DNA of 63,128 bases, filler included, from Choristocarpus tenellus KU-1152 (Eukaryota; Protista; Phaeophyceae), in NCBI GenBank assembly GCA_964200185.2. It is 10 parts of 10 records of this genome, joined end to end, with 100 filler letters (N's around TTAATTAATTAA, not from the genome) between each part and the next. Parts side by side here need not be neighbours in the genome. Positions count along the whole stretch, not along the records: positions 45,572 to 51,853 come from CAXNAD020008484.1; positions 51,954 to 55,518 come from CAXNAD020019230.1; positions 55,619 to 59,789 come from CAXNAD020015863.1; positions 59,890 to 63,128 come from CAXNAD020021329.1; 6 more parts are not named here. One strand, 5' to 3'. Within the stretch, counting starts at the first letter, position 1; each line of letters begins with the position of its first letter. Below are positions 49,907 through 63,088 of this stretch, piece by piece. The notes beneath the pieces are model-generated. The model ran no database searches. It was not told the origin of the DNA and saw only the letters and a list, made by a program, of their open reading frames with translations. Position numbers and translations under genes: made by a program.

Positions 49907-51741
49907 GATAGTGTCTGTGTTTGTTTGTGTGCCATCTGTGCAGTTTTGTATAATGTCGCCTGCGTTTTTTTCTACCCCTCTTCAGGAGGTGTGATGAATT
50001 CAACAGCGCAATGGACGTCATGGTCGATAAGGGTTAGGGTTCGTTTGTATCCTGTGTGTTTGTGTGCTGATTAATTGGGGTAATTTTGGTCGGTATTGAT
50101 TATACTCCTTTCCAATGTTGTAAGAATTAAATAGTACATGGACTAGTGTGTATATATATATAGGCTTTTTTTTTAGTGCTAGGGTTAGGGTTTTTAGGGA
50201 CCGAATTTCTTTTTATGCCGTCAGTTAAGTGTGTCTGTCTGACTGACATGTCTCTCTATTGGCAAGTGTGAGGACCGGAGCAAATGCAAGTGAACAGCAC
50301 TCTAACACTGAACCTTTCAAAACTTGACATCTTGTAAATAATATCTTCACCAAGAACGCCTCCCTGTACACCTTCACCTCCCATCCCTAACCCTAAGCTG
50401 TGTGTGAATGTAGTCATTTAATCTTTTTTTAAAGCATTACAGACAGCAGCAGAACAAGTTGCAACTTTTTTTTAATCTCTACCACTATTGATGATTCAGT
50501 ATTGATCATACCCTAACCCCTAACCCCTAACCCCAGACCAAAGGATGTGTTGTGTGTGTGCCTGAAGTAGAAGAGCGTGTATGCTATTGTTACACCAATG
50601 ATATAAATAATAATATTTATAGTAGTGTCAACAGTACCTGTGGGGTCAGGCCTTGTAAAATAATGCATACATTAATTTATTATTTTATTTTTTTACTCTG
50701 ATATGAAGGGTGAGCTCCTTAACACCTCCATGGTTAGCAGTATTAGAGTCACTTTAGTGGGTGTGTTTAAGAGGTTGCTTGTACGAGTCTAGAAGACAAA
50801 AATTTTTAATTGTTCCAATCATCGTCGATTTTTTATTTTAACTATTCTTTTTTTTTTCGTTGATGCATTTTTGCCATTAATTTTTTATTGTTTTAGAGAA
50901 GTCTGCAGGGAAGAGTTCGGTAGGTCAATGTTGTGACCTTTTCTAGGCTGATACCCTTGAAAACGCCTCTTGGTGTTGGTGGTTCGTTACTGCTACCGTT
51001 GTCTGTGCCTTCCCCTCATTTAATTTTATTTATTTATTTATTTTCAGATCTTTCTATGAAGATCTCCCGGACCTGCTCAATACCATTCCCCCCTCTCTCC
51101 TGGGTCTCACGGAGGAGGAGGCGGAACACCTTCGGGAAGAGGAAAGGAATAAGGCCAAAGGCAACGATGATGACCAAGATGGGGGCGGGGCTGGGGCAGG
51201 GGAGGAGGATGGTGGGGCAGGGGGGGAAGGGGTGGAAGGTCTGTCGTCACAACTAAAGGGCCTTTCCATTGAAGGAGATGGAGGGGAGGGAGGAGAAGAG
51301 GTATTACTAGGTGTTGTGTTGTTGTACTTCTGGGTACTTGTATTTTTCTTGATTTGCGCCACTGGTGGTGTATTTTGTTCCAAATGTAATATATGGCATG
51401 TGCAGTGCTTGTACAGAGTACGGAGCTAGCATACACGCCTTGTTTGTATGAGCTCCCTTTAGAAAATGAATTGAAGTTTTGGTAAATGGCAAGTGTCGAC
51501 GGTGGTGTTACAGGACAGCGATGGAGATGGCGATGAGTTGGAGGGGGGCGGGGCAGGGGCCTCGCATGGTGGCCCAGCAGAGGAAGAGGAAGAGGATGAG
51601 GAAGACCATGAGGGAGGGTCAGGTGCTGAAACAGGGGAGACGGAGGGAGGGGTGTGGATGTCGAGGAATGCGAGGCTGATGTTGATGTTGGAGGACATGT
51701 TGCCACAGTGCCATAACCAGGAGAAGAGTGATGACTTCACG
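47754..51741 (+). CDS. UPF2: Regulator of nonsense transcripts 2 (UPF2), internal exons 47754-47960, 49561-49677, 51048-51300, 51514-51741
   Basis: In-frame splicing (phases 2, 2, 0) gives SLVEGVYESISQHLESSHQSLRRLERRMDRDRLTNGTLTEDKEKNLEESRKAYETLLANVVSLSSSLNR | DMPDLPEEE...GPFEEEER | SFYEDLPDLLNTIPPSLLG...acidic linker... | LEDMLPQCHNQEKSDDFT. This is the UPF2 pattern from the end of MIF4G-1 (FYExLxDL) to the start of MIF4G-2 (LPxCxN). Confidence 0.87.
48525..48990. repeat. 52-bp intronic minisatellite, about 9 diverged copies
   Basis: Unit gtgttgagtgttatgttgtccaaggtgtctccattgttatggatgtaacata. Confidence 0.92.
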
Positions 51742-51953
51742 GTGAGATGAAGTTGGAGATCTTGAGGGTGTGAATGTTTGGGGGGGGGGGGGACTTGGTT
51801 GTGGGCGGAGGAGAGTGAGAATGTGGTTGGGTTTTGGGGTTGAGGCGGTGTGTNNNNNNNNNNNNNNNNNNNNNNNNNNNNNNNNNNNNNNNNNNNNTTA
51901 ATTAATTAANNNNNNNNNNNNNNNNNNNNNNNNNNNNNNNNNNNNNNNNNNNN

Positions 51954-52011
51954 AATCGAAAAAAGGGTAAAAAACGGACGCCGACACCCCCCCCCTCAGA
52001 TACTTTGACCC
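51954..52011. mobile_element. MITE family B, second-type end (…CAGATACTTTGACCC), truncating the gypsy RT
   Basis: Reverse complement of the end seen at 55447. Confidence 0.75.
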
Positions 52012-54650
52012 ACCCTAAACAGTATTAATATAAGACTCCATACCAGGCATCATAGGCCAAGTCTGTAGAATAAGGTGTTTGTTAACAGTAGACCTATAAT
52101 CTACACAGAATCGTGGGGAGACATCAGATTTGGTCACAATAGTAACAGAACTACCCCAAGGGCTGGCACGTTTTTCAATGATGCCTTGCTCTTCCATGGT
52201 ATTAGCACACGAGTCAATTACGTTTTGAGTACGGGGGTTTGCTCTGTAAGGGTTCCTGTCAACAGGTTTGGTACCAGGCTCTATAGGAATTTCTGCTTCA
52301 GCTAGAGTACATCTACCTAGTTCTGCTGCATTCAACGAAAATACCGATCTATAACGAGCACAGATGTCTAAGAGTTGAGACACTTGTGACTGATTGAACG
52401 CGGTATCTTTGAATGCATTTGTTTTATTGAGAGCTTGATGTAACTCCTCTCTAGCTTTACTGAATGGAGCAGAATCAGTATTTAGAGCACCAGCAGTGAT
52501 TGATATCTGATCATAAATTGGGGTTAATTGACCTATCACAAGATGCTTCTTGATACGGACTTTTCGTGCTGTTGGATTTGCCCTTTGAGCCAATACTGAT
52601 CTATTACTTGCAGACCAAGTACTGAGAGTGAGAGCAGCTACGATACAATTCCATGGGTGTGTAGGTTCAGTGGTTTGATCTACAGCAGGCATAGAATATA
52701 TGGCTGGCCCGACTACACACGGCAGTATCAAACGACGGGCTAGCATCAGTTGTGCAACGTATGATGATTTTATGACCAGCTGGTATGTTATATTATTCAT
52801 GTACACGAACGGGTACAGGATCAAAGTCATGTTGCATACTCACCACAGAGCACGAAGGAGTGGTACTTGTATCACGTACTTGTTGTGTGGGGCTCCTCGC
52901 CATATGATGTCTCGATGAAATGGTACACAAACTGTTGTGGAATGAGAGACCTTGTTCTTGCCAATCAAGGATTGCACCGAGGGCCTGCATAACACTATTA
53001 TCAAGCAGAATTTTATAGGGATCAATTTGGGGAATACCTAAAGCTCTAACTGGTAATGTGGTGTCACCAAGTGTAAGTTCAAAACGAACAAATCCACGGA
53101 TATGCAATGGTGAACTATTTGCCGTACGTAGATTTATTGCACCAGGTGGGACAGGATGCACATCAAAACGTTTTAGTTGAGGGTCGTTGAAAACAAATAT
53201 TTCTGAAATACATGGTACATCACTAGCTGTGTCAATTGTCAAGTCATTTTTCTCTTGCTCTTCAACGGTGCTGGGTACACGAATGAAAACGATAAAGGTT
53301 TGGGCATAGATTGGTGTCTGCACAAAGAACTGTTGAACCAATTTTCGTTATTATCACACGTATTTAGTTGAACTAACGGCAAAGAAAAATGCTTAGTGAC
53401 ACGCGTGCAGGCGTCCGTTTTTCACCCCTTTTTTGATTTTCACCTCTTGGTGTGATTTGGTCGCACGTGTCGGATAGGAAATGTGGGCAAAAAGAAGAAG
53501 ACTGTTGGTTAGGTTCCCTTCTGTCCTTGCGTACGCAAGAGGATTGGGAATATATGCTACCATTTATTTGGGTTTGGTTAGGAGTTTCGACGTTTGCATG
53601 TGTCGGATTTCGATTTCGAATGTGTTCAAACAGGCTTATTGGTTTGTGTATGTTGGTCGTGCAGTTAGGATGAAGAATAAGAGATATGCCATTGGTTGTT
53701 TCAGGGCTAGTTATGGGTCTGTTTGGTCGCATGAGTGGGATTTGGTTAGCACATAAAGAGGGCTGTCGGATAGGGTGTGTTTCCCCGGTGTTAGCATGAG
53801 GAATTGAAAAAAAGACTATGGACTGTTGCGAGGTTAGTTCTTTCGTTTATTTGCTTGCATGAGTCGTGTCTGGTATGTACACAAAGAGGATTGTCAGTTA
53901 GAGCCTGTTCGCCCGGTGTGTGCATGAGGAACCAAAACATGTATCATGTACTGCTTTAAATATAGTACTTCGTTTACTTGCTTGCATGTGTCGGATTTAG
54001 TATGTACACAAACGTGGTTGTCGCTCAGGGTGTTAGGGTTTAAGTTGTTGGTATTAAGGAAGAGAAAAGGGTCAGGTTTTGGTTACGGGTTAGTGTACCT
54101 TTTCTTTGATGTGTGGACGGATTCTGGATGTGTACACGAATGGCTATTGGTCAAGGTCTCTATTGTCGTATGTTTCTCTGAAAATATTTCAAGATATACT
54201 TTCAGAGATTCTGGGTTGGTGTTGTGCTTAGGAGCATCGTGCGTGGACTTCGGTATAAGATCCTCCAAGATTCGAAGGAGGACGAGATCAGCTCTAGTTT
54301 GTCGACACTTGGACAAAGCATGAGATGGTGCATTTGGTATTGAGAAGCAGTGGGGTGGTACGTAGTAGTAGTGTTCGAGGAATAATTAACGGCTTTCAAG
54401 AAGACAACGTATCCAGCGCAAGCCTTGGTGAATTGATTGGAAACCTAGTTGAAAAGATGGAGAAGAGTTGTTTAGAAAATGTTTTATATTTTAGTAGTCC
54501 AAACCTTGTATTGGACACGCTCTTTAAAACAAATATTAACACAGGTCTATTCCTCAAGATGAGTATCATATATGATACACTGACGCTTCTGACTGGTAGC
54601 AATGTATCCGATACCACTGTCTAAATGCATAACCCATCGAATGGAAAGTG
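52012..54650 (-). mobile_element. Ty3/gypsy LTR retrotransposon remnant (decayed gag, aspartic protease, start of RT)
   Basis: Protease-like TIDTASDVPCISE...ILLDNSVMQALGAILDW; RT start PYRANP...GIIEKRASPWGSSVTIVTKSDVSPRFCVDYR; frameshift between the ORFs; protease-RT order. 5' boundary approximate. Confidence 0.88.
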
Positions 54651-55446
54651 CTTGAACATGGTAGTCGGACACCAAGGCAAGGTACACTGATGCACAAATC
54701 AGTGTACCTGTAACTCGATCCGTACTTCAACAAAAAACTGAAACGACTGAACCTCTATTTCAAATGGTGGGCGGACTCGAAATTGCATTCCTCACTCTTC
54801 TCCCACCACTCTACAAGCTTAGGGTATTCCTCGACAAGAAGTTACCATAGATTTTGGCGCGTGGAGTACCTGTCGTTCCAAGGTTCGGGCTCCATGAGGC
54901 TCAAGAAGATGGCCTTCCTCGCATGGAGTGCTTCCACATGCTCAGGACGCAACGTGTTGCCTGGCTTCCCTCCACGATCGCCAAGTTTAATCTGTGTGGG
55001 GCTTGTGGACGTAGCAGCCATCCCCAAAAACAAGATAAATGGCCCCTTTACCGGCCTTGATGAGCCTGAACACATGGTAGTAAATGACTTGGGTGAGGAT
55101 TTGAGTCTGCACTCGATACTGCGAAGAAGCAGGTTTCGTTCCCGATCGTAGGATCTCGGTAACGCACGCCTCCATGAAGGCTTCAGTGATCCCCACATCC
55201 GATGCATCGCCGGAGTCAGTCACGTCCTGCGTTACGTAATTGCCATCACCATGCGAGGACCTTTCATCGTCATTGTCGTACCTCGAGGTAGATGAACACA
55301 TATTTTCCGCGTATCCGGCCTTTTTGGCAGAAGTGAAGACGTCTGCAAAGCAGCTATGTTCTAAAGCGCTGTCATCAGGACCACGAGGCTGTTTGAAGGG
55401 TTTCATCCGTCCAGCACCTTCTCTCACACTCTTCTTCCTAATTATC

Positions 55447-55518
55447 GGGTCAAAGTATCTGGGGGGGGGGGGGGGGGGGTTGGTAACGGGGGGCCCGTTT
55501 TGGCCAAACACTCTTTTT
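55447..55518. mobile_element. MITE family B, second-type end at contig end
   Basis: GGGTCAAAGTATCTG(n)... Confidence 0.75.
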
Positions 55519-55639
55519 NNNNNNNNNNNNNNNNNNNNNNNNNNNNNNNNNNNNNNNNNNNNTTAATTAATTAANNNNNNNNNNNNNNNNNNNNNNNNNN
55601 NNNNNNNNNNNNNNNNNNCTATAGGATACTTTGGCTCAG

Positions 55640-58310
55640 AGTCGAGATAGCATCCTGGATTAAGAGGGTTGTGACTGCCTTCCCGACCTAAGCCTCCCAC
55701 TCCCCTGCTGTCGAGGTGACGTAACCCTGTTCTCATCTATTTGTGTAGAAGCCATTGTTCCAGACCCCAATTGTACAGTAGTACCCGACCTCAATTGTTC
55801 TTCTTTAGCAGTACCTGATCCCAATTGCTCCTCCTCACTAATGCCTTCCACCATACCTCCAAAAATAATCCAGGTTGTTCATCACTAGAATCCTCAGGTG
55901 TCATTTCCCTACTCGTGGTCGCTGGTAGAATTCTTCCCCCCTCCACAGTGGTAACCCTGAAGATTGCTGTCGGGTGTCATCATGGAGGTTACTATCCCAC
56001 ATTGACTCCCAATTGGTGTCTCTTCTAATCATGAGTCTCCCTGAACGTGACAGCAGTATCCGGTAAGTATGGGGAGGGTATTGGTTATGAGACGCAATGC
56101 CTATCATGTAACAAGGTTCAGCATGGGGTAAAGACTTTGCGAGTTGGTTGTCGATGCAAGCATAACCACAGCTACCCCAAACTGGAAGTTGCGAAACATC
56201 AGCAGGACGTCCGTGCCATAATTCCCATAAGTTACCCAGCCTTCATTCACAGATGTCGGTGCCATGTTGGAGTATTGTATCTTAGAGGGTACAAGTTTGG
56301 CCCAGTTTGTCCATTTGGGGCTTGGTTTCCCACGAGTATATAAATTCATTTTTCCTACTCCAAAATGTTTCGGAGTAGGTATAATGTGTATGTTATGAAA
56401 AGGGGTGTCCGGAACAAGGATATTGACATCTCCTAACAAAAATGTAGTCAAAATTACATCAAAACTGCAACATTGGATTTTGGTCCCCAAATGGACGCAG
56501 CTCTACCCTCTGAGATACTTTGGTTCTTGGTGAGATTGTTGGCGTGTGACATCACTTCCACCCACAAGGTCCCATCGTCTTCCAATCTCGCACTATATCA
56601 CAGTAGCAGTGACTTCTCACACATAAAAAAAGGCAATTCTCCTTTCTACCCCCATGTGTATTGAGGTGCACCAGGCACAGTATGCTCATGTCGAATGCCG
56701 TACCTTTCCAGCATCGACTCAAATGCAGCCCCAGTAAATTCCGTCCCACAGTCTGTTCTTACAGCTTTGATCCCAACCTCAGCAGACTTTGCAATGTCGA
56801 TCAAAAATCTCTCGAATGCAGACGATGTTATTTTATCACTCTTGTTTTTAAAGTAATACCCGAAACTCATTCAAGTGCAGTCATCCACCACGAACATCAC
56901 ATAATAATGCCCCTTCCCCTTACTGAGTTTCTCCTTTGGTCCAGTCAAGTCCACATAAACACGTTCCCCCTTTACCGAAGTGCAATTCTCTGTCTCCTTT
57001 GGAATAGGATGCCTATGACCCTTGTCGAGTGAGCAACCTTGGCAAAATGGCCCCTACTTCTCAGTGAGCAAAATATTCTGAACAGTGAGAAGCGTATTTC
57101 CTGACCATCCCCTGATGTACATGACCTAATCACATGTGCAGCTCATTGACATCCATCGACGCAGTAGTATTCCGGGTAAAGTGTAATATTGGTATTCTTG
57201 CGCCAAATCCGTCTCATTTTATTCCTGCTCTCTTGTCCACTTCCCCCCAACCGATTCTTCTTCTTTAGGATGTTCGGAGATTCCAAACCCCTTGATGGTC
57301 CCAATTTTCTTTGTGGACATGCGAAGCTTTGGTGACCTAGTTCCCCGCATACAAAGCAGGCAATACCCCCTTCAGTTGCCTTCTGTCTCTTGATTTGTGG
57401 GCACCTGGATCGGAAGAGAGGTCCGCCACATTCCCAACAAGCAGGTTGCCCACGAGTACGTTTTGATTATCATCCTGTCACCAGTGCGCCATCTCTCACC
57501 CCAGCCGATTCTGTCCCCTTTTGAACGGATCATAGTCGCTATTTCTTCAGGATTAACTTAGTCACTGAACCTCCCAGGCTCTTCACCTCCATTATAAGAG
57601 CCTCCTGCTGGTTTATGATGTCAGCAGGATCTCCCCCGGGTTCCAGCACCATGTCCATCAATTGCCGTTTCGCACGATTTCTCTCCACTTGCCCAAAATG
57701 AGCATAGTTCTTGACAAGTGTGGCAAATGCTTCACTCGGAGATTCGTACACCAAAACAATCTCCAAGGCAGGTCCATCTGTCGCCTCCTGAAGTCCATTT
57801 ATCGCGTAAGTCGTCACATGGTGAAGATATGGGTCCACACCTGTCGAGGAATAATCCAATAACAGTACCCTCAGGTATTCCTTCGTTGTTACCAGAGGCT
57901 CCCTCCATCCTGATGAGAGAGCATGTGTAAGAAACGTTTTGATCCACTTCCTCCACGTTCACAGTTCCCCCTTCAACACAGGTTGCTTCGAGGAACGTTG
58001 TTTTAATGTTGGTGCAAATTCGGGTCTAGCCCCCACGGCCACCGTACCTCTAGCCCCAACCTCAACTCTGCCCCCTTGCGCGGCTAATGTCCCATCTTGA
58101 ATCTCTCCCCCCCAACGGGTCATTGATGGTTCTTCAACTCCGTCATCAATGGAGTTCAGACTTTAATCAAATCTTGATTTGGGAATCATCTTGTCTTGAC
58201 TCCCTTCCTGGTGATAGCTAAAATCCAAATATATTAATTACACAAGCGCACTTGTAAAGTTGCTATAGCATGTTAAGCTATCCTTGACGATCTGTTGTCC
58301 CACACAACCA
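55640..58310 (-). mobile_element. Ty1/copia LTR retrotransposon remnant (gag, two zinc knuckles, integrase)
   Basis: Gag-like SPSEAFATLVKNYA...MVLEPGGDPADII; knuckles CWECGG...CP and CFVCGELGHQSFACP (about 57300-57445); integrase YYFKNKSD...IKAVRTDCGTEFTGAAFESMLERYGIRHEHTVPGAPQ; many stops. Possible primer-site-like GGTTGTGTGGGAC at about 58297-58309. Confidence 0.87.
56270..56526 (+). mobile_element. MITE family A, complete 257-bp copy inside the copia integrase, TSD TTG
   Basis: TTG on both flanks. Removing the element plus one TTG restores the integrase frame (…HANNLTNMAPTSVNEG…). Confidence 0.94.
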
Positions 58311-58696
58311 GTTATATTTTTGTTTATTACCTTTATCAGAGTTGAGAAGAGAGTGAGACACCATCACCAGATGGTGATGCTCACCAAACATTACAGCAAA
58401 TAATTCAGAATACCAAATGATCCAACAGTTCTCTAGAAAACTTCAGAAACACTCCGATTCTAACATTCTACGAACCTTCTTCTGGTCAAATACCCCATCG
58501 AAATATCCCGAATGTCCCATATCATTGTTTGTGTGCGAATCAATATGACTTCGAATCTTATTCTCACAAATGGTGAAGCATAATCTTGACAATATATATA
58601 TATATATATATTTGGTTTTGTTCCACCATAATATTCAATAATAACATAAACAACAGTCACTGCTGTTCACATTTGTTTGATTTCATTTCATGTTGT

Positions 58697-59143
58697 ACCC
58701 TCGGACATTTTGGAGATGTGTAAGGAAGAAAATATAATATTTTGTTATTTTTTTGTAATGGCTGTGTGGTTGTAGATTATAACATCACTCCATCACAGAA
58801 GAAATATATAGTATTTGTTCGAGAGTTTTTAACAGACTGAGAGATACATAATAGATATTATTATTCTTAGTATTATTATAGGTGTCTTTCCTTCGGACAG
58901 TCTGCCAGCATGCCATGAGAGGTGACTCCGGCAGGCTATGTAGGATGGTTGGAGGCATACAGGCGGTGTACAAATTACATTGTAGTTACCAACCTTCAAC
59001 AACAGAGGATTGTTGTATTGTTAGTTTTTAAATAGTAAACATCTTTATAGAGGTATCTTTTGCATTAATGATAGCTGTTATTTTACAGGGGTTCAGATGA
59101 TATAGGTTTGATTTCCCTGACATATCTGCAAAATGTGAGAGAG
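58697..59143. mobile_element. MITE family C, second copy (inverted relative to 44010-44480); solo ends at about 60092-60121 and 61640-61710
   Basis: Inverted TIR cores at both ends; shared interior words (tatgcctccaacc, cccct…taacagct). Confidence 0.65.
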
Positions 59144-59889
59144 CGTGATAATAAAAATACGGTCAAATATGGTAGAAACCCCATCGAAAACTGTGGAACA
59201 AGTGTATTGTGCATACCCTTCTGTTGGAATGTCAAAATACCGTGGGAACTAACTGGTTGGATTATCGTAGTTAAGAGTTTTTCTTCCCCAACATTACAAT
59301 TGCCGTACCATACACAATATTTTGTGGTACATCTTCATCGCATCGTACTATTTTTAAAATCTCCGTTAACGTACCTTACCTACTTTGTAGTTGCCAGTCT
59401 TTTAAATCAATTCCTCATGTAATGTAATATAGATCAAAATACCTTTACAGTACGACAAAAAGAATTCTTGATCAATTGACTCCTAGGTCTTTCTCGTTTT
59501 TCTAGATGTTGAGTTTTTCTGGTGCACTTCTTCCCATCATAAAAATAGTATGTCTATACTTTATATCATTAGTCACATATCATAACTTGGAGTCCAAGCA
59601 ATGAATGCAATATAGCGTGACATATATGTGCATTGTGTATTCTTCCAAGTAACAGCCGATTTCAAAAATTGAGGATGGAGCTTTTCATTGAGGATGTGCT
59701 TGACCCAAAATTGACTGGGATAAAGTGTCGATATGTTTTTTTTGTATTGTCATTTAAAAAAAAATCATGTCGACACTTTATCCCAGTCANNNNNNNNNNN
59801 NNNNNNNNNNNNNNNNNNNNNNNNNNNNNNNNNTTAATTAATTAANNNNNNNNNNNNNNNNNNNNNNNNNNNNNNNNNNNNNNNNNNNN

Positions 59890-59963
59890 TGTGCACATTT
59901 CCTAGTTATAGCCCAAATGGACACCCTGGTGTAGACCCCCCCCTCCCCCAGATACTTTGGGTC
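59890..59963 (-). mobile_element. MITE family B end at contig start
   Basis: CCCAAATGGACACCCTGGTGTAGAC(n)AGATACTTTGGGTC. Confidence 0.86.
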
Positions 59964-61179
59964 ATAAATAGCAGGGATCTACACTGTTGAACTTTTTCTG
60001 TATAGTCGGTTGCTTGCCGTGGAGGTTTGTCTAAGTGCGTATAAACGGTATTTGTTATTGCGAGATATTTTGACACGGAAACAATTACCATCCCCTGACA
60101 CATCTGCAAAATGTCAGAGGGAATAATAGTATGTTAGTTTTTGAGGAGTTCTGAGATTTGAATGATTTTTCATCCGTTTTCCCCTAAAATGTCACAGAGC
60201 AAACAATAATATTAATGTAATATATATTACCATCGATGTCTTTGCCACAATAAGAAACAGTTCAGGAAGGAATTTGGACAGTACGGTACGGTATTGGAAT
60301 AACATGGATCAGGATGGTTTTTTTAAGTACAGTTACACTCGTAGTTTTGACTTGGGGTGCAGTTACAGTTCGCAACAGTTCCAGTTTGGTATCAATTTTG
60401 AGGACGACTGGGTGATACTACTGTGATAAATATGTGCTACTGTACATAGTATTTTGCATTACTCACAGGACACAATAGTATTTTGCTACATTTGTACACA
60501 CTATTTTCTGTATGCTCTCTCTCTCTCTCTCTCTCTCATAGACCTCTGAAGGGTTACGGATGGGAGGCCTTACATATATATTACTAATATTAATACAAAA
60601 TAAATGACACGGAGAAGAATTTCAAGGAGATTGTCTGTGCCTTCTATTGATTGGTGTAGAACTCTGATCCTAACTCTGATCACTAATGCCACATTATACT
60701 TCTTTTGTACATATTTTGTACCTTTCTTTGCTATGGTAGTGAAGAACGATTGTTTCATTCCTCCTAATGTTACAAAGAGGGTGGGAGTGGGGGTGGGGAG
60801 AGATGTTGTCGTGAGGAAAAGAAGAGACACACATAAGAGAACATGATAAACACAACTGTATTGCTTGCGACAAACACCTTCCTATATCCAACTTTATGTA
60901 ATTAACACATCAAAAACAGATGTCACACCTATTATGCTCCAAAACTCACACTATGTATGAACGCAATATAGAAACAAGGGAAGAATCCCAGGAACTGATC
61001 ATGCCCTGCCTGACCTACCGACCGGTTGTCTCCTCCTTGAAGCAAATCATGCGGCTTGAAAGGCATGAAAGGGCTACTTGTACCTACATGGACACACCTT
61101 TACCATGTCGTTGTGGAAATCTCCAGCACCTCCCCCACCCCCCACAATAAGTCGCTATATTGCTCATATAGAAATTCAT

Positions 61180-61591
61180 CCGCCTGTGTGCCAAGACCCC
61201 TGAAGTTCTCAAAGTTCAGCGGTGCCGATTGAAAATATCAATAGTTACAAACTCAACACCTTTGCGGTGGAAAATTTTGGGCGCCTCAGCAAGCAAGCAG
61301 AACGTTTCCTGGATGAGCTGACTGCACACGCAGTAGGGGGGAGAGGAACTGGAGGCTATCGCAGGAAAGGGGCGGTCAAATCCTGCCTACGTCAAATGGT
61401 CTCGGTAACAATGCAAGTGACCCTGTCTAGACGGGTCATGCATTTTAAGCTGGAGTCACCAGGGAGATGGGCAAGGAGGGGCTTGTTACATTCTTGGGAT
61501 GCTTCCCTAGCTCCTCACCCTGGGGTGCAGGAATAAGTAGATTGGAGACACAGGAAGGCAGTAGTAAAATAGGAAATAGATAAAAAAAAAA
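61180..61591 (+). mobile_element. 5'-truncated non-LTR retrotransposon 3' end (restriction-like endonuclease type, CRE-like) with short poly-A
   Basis: YKLNTFAVENFGRLSKQAERFLDELTAHAVGG...LRQMVSVTMQVTLSRRV fits the F-x-V-E-x-F-G...S-V-x-x-Q C-terminus of RLE-type LINE ORFs; A10 at 61582-61591. Confidence 0.7.
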
Positions 61592-63088
61592 TCCCATTGT
61601 GACAACTTTTACTTCTTCAGGGATTTTTCAGACATGTGAATAGTTTTCATTAGTTTTTCCCCTGACACATCTGGAAAATGCCAAACGCATTATAATAAAA
61701 ATATTAGTATTCCTTTTTCAACATGAAAGATTAGTAATACATGCCTACGCTACCGTCATGGTATTAGAAGAACTGGACGGTACTTTTAAGGTACTAATTA
61801 AATTGCACATCTGAATGGTACAGTGAAAAGCACTTCTAGTAACTTACAGTATAGTACAGGAATGCTGACAGTTACACATGGCTTTAAATGTCTTCATGGT
61901 TACCTACTGTACAAATTTTCCGACAGCACGGTTGTAGTATAGGCTAAAACTTTTCCTAACCGTGAAAATATCGCAGCCTTTACTGAAGTATTTCCATCAG
62001 TGTAGACCCCTGATATATGTATAGATGCCCCACACACGCACATGCTACTACCAGGACTACCAAAAAACATCACACAAAATCCAGCAGCAAAAGTGGCTCA
62101 ATTAATTTTTTTCCCACTGCGCCATTCATTTCATTATTATTGTAATGTGCGAACGTGTGTTCTTATTGTCACTGGGATGAATGTTCTTGTTGGAGAAGTA
62201 GCTGCAGATGATGATACGCAAATTGTTTAGTGTTGTTGGTGTTACCATCATTTCCACCCACCCAAGCTCACCAACACCACTACTAGTACCACATCAAGTG
62301 AGAGTGCAAACCGTGTGCACCAAGAGAGAGGAAATGCATCACATTCACGAACAAAGTGCGTAGTAGAAGCAATTCCGATAGACGAGCCCATTCTCCTTCC
62401 CCTAACGCCTTCAAAAACGGCACACAAGGGGTTCACACCCACACGACTCCATGCCAGGTTGAGCTTTCCTGGACGGCTCTTCATCAGGAACAAATTCCAA
62501 GCCAACATAAATTCTTATTTTGTTCCATCTCACGGAGTAAAATGCCCTAGGAAATTGCTATTATTCACGGTCTCATGCTGGTCTTTAAAATCTTCGTTCT
62601 ATTGAGAAAACGTTTGTCTCTTATAGAGCTGTCTATCAAAAAACATTTATGACCAAATAGCTACTGCATCTATCTGCGCAAGTCAAAAGGTCTTCTACCT
62701 TGAGACAAAAGCTGTCCGAGGCGAAATGTTGAGTATGATACTTTTGTTTTTCTTCTCCTTCAGTGTACAAAGAGGTTATGTTGGGTTTGTGGAGATCTCG
62801 ATCTTTGCGTCAAATACGCAATAAATTGCTTCCTGTGATGAATGGGAAACACTGTACACAGAAAAGGTCACACACAGTCACCCTCTCCCCCCCACTCCCA
62901 GAACCGCACTACAACATCGTGCCACCAACTCCAAGCAAAGTGTCCAAAGTAAAGTTCTCTCGCATCAGTTCTGCCACCAGTGTTTGATATCTCGACAGAG
63001 GAAGTCATCACTAGCTTGAACTAGTCCAGTTCTCCATTCCAGACTGCGCACGACGAGGAAGCCATGGTGTGACAAAGGTATTACCATT

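Noticed and set aside
51054-51740. Pro/Ser-rich minus-strand ORFs
   Set aside because: Antisense shadows of the GA-rich UPF2 exons.
8237-59889. Functional clustering of QS, CRAL-TRIO, helicase and UPF2, and the recurring TTAATTAATTAA motif
   Set aside because: The motif is an artificial linker. The genes are on separate contigs, so their proximity carries no information.
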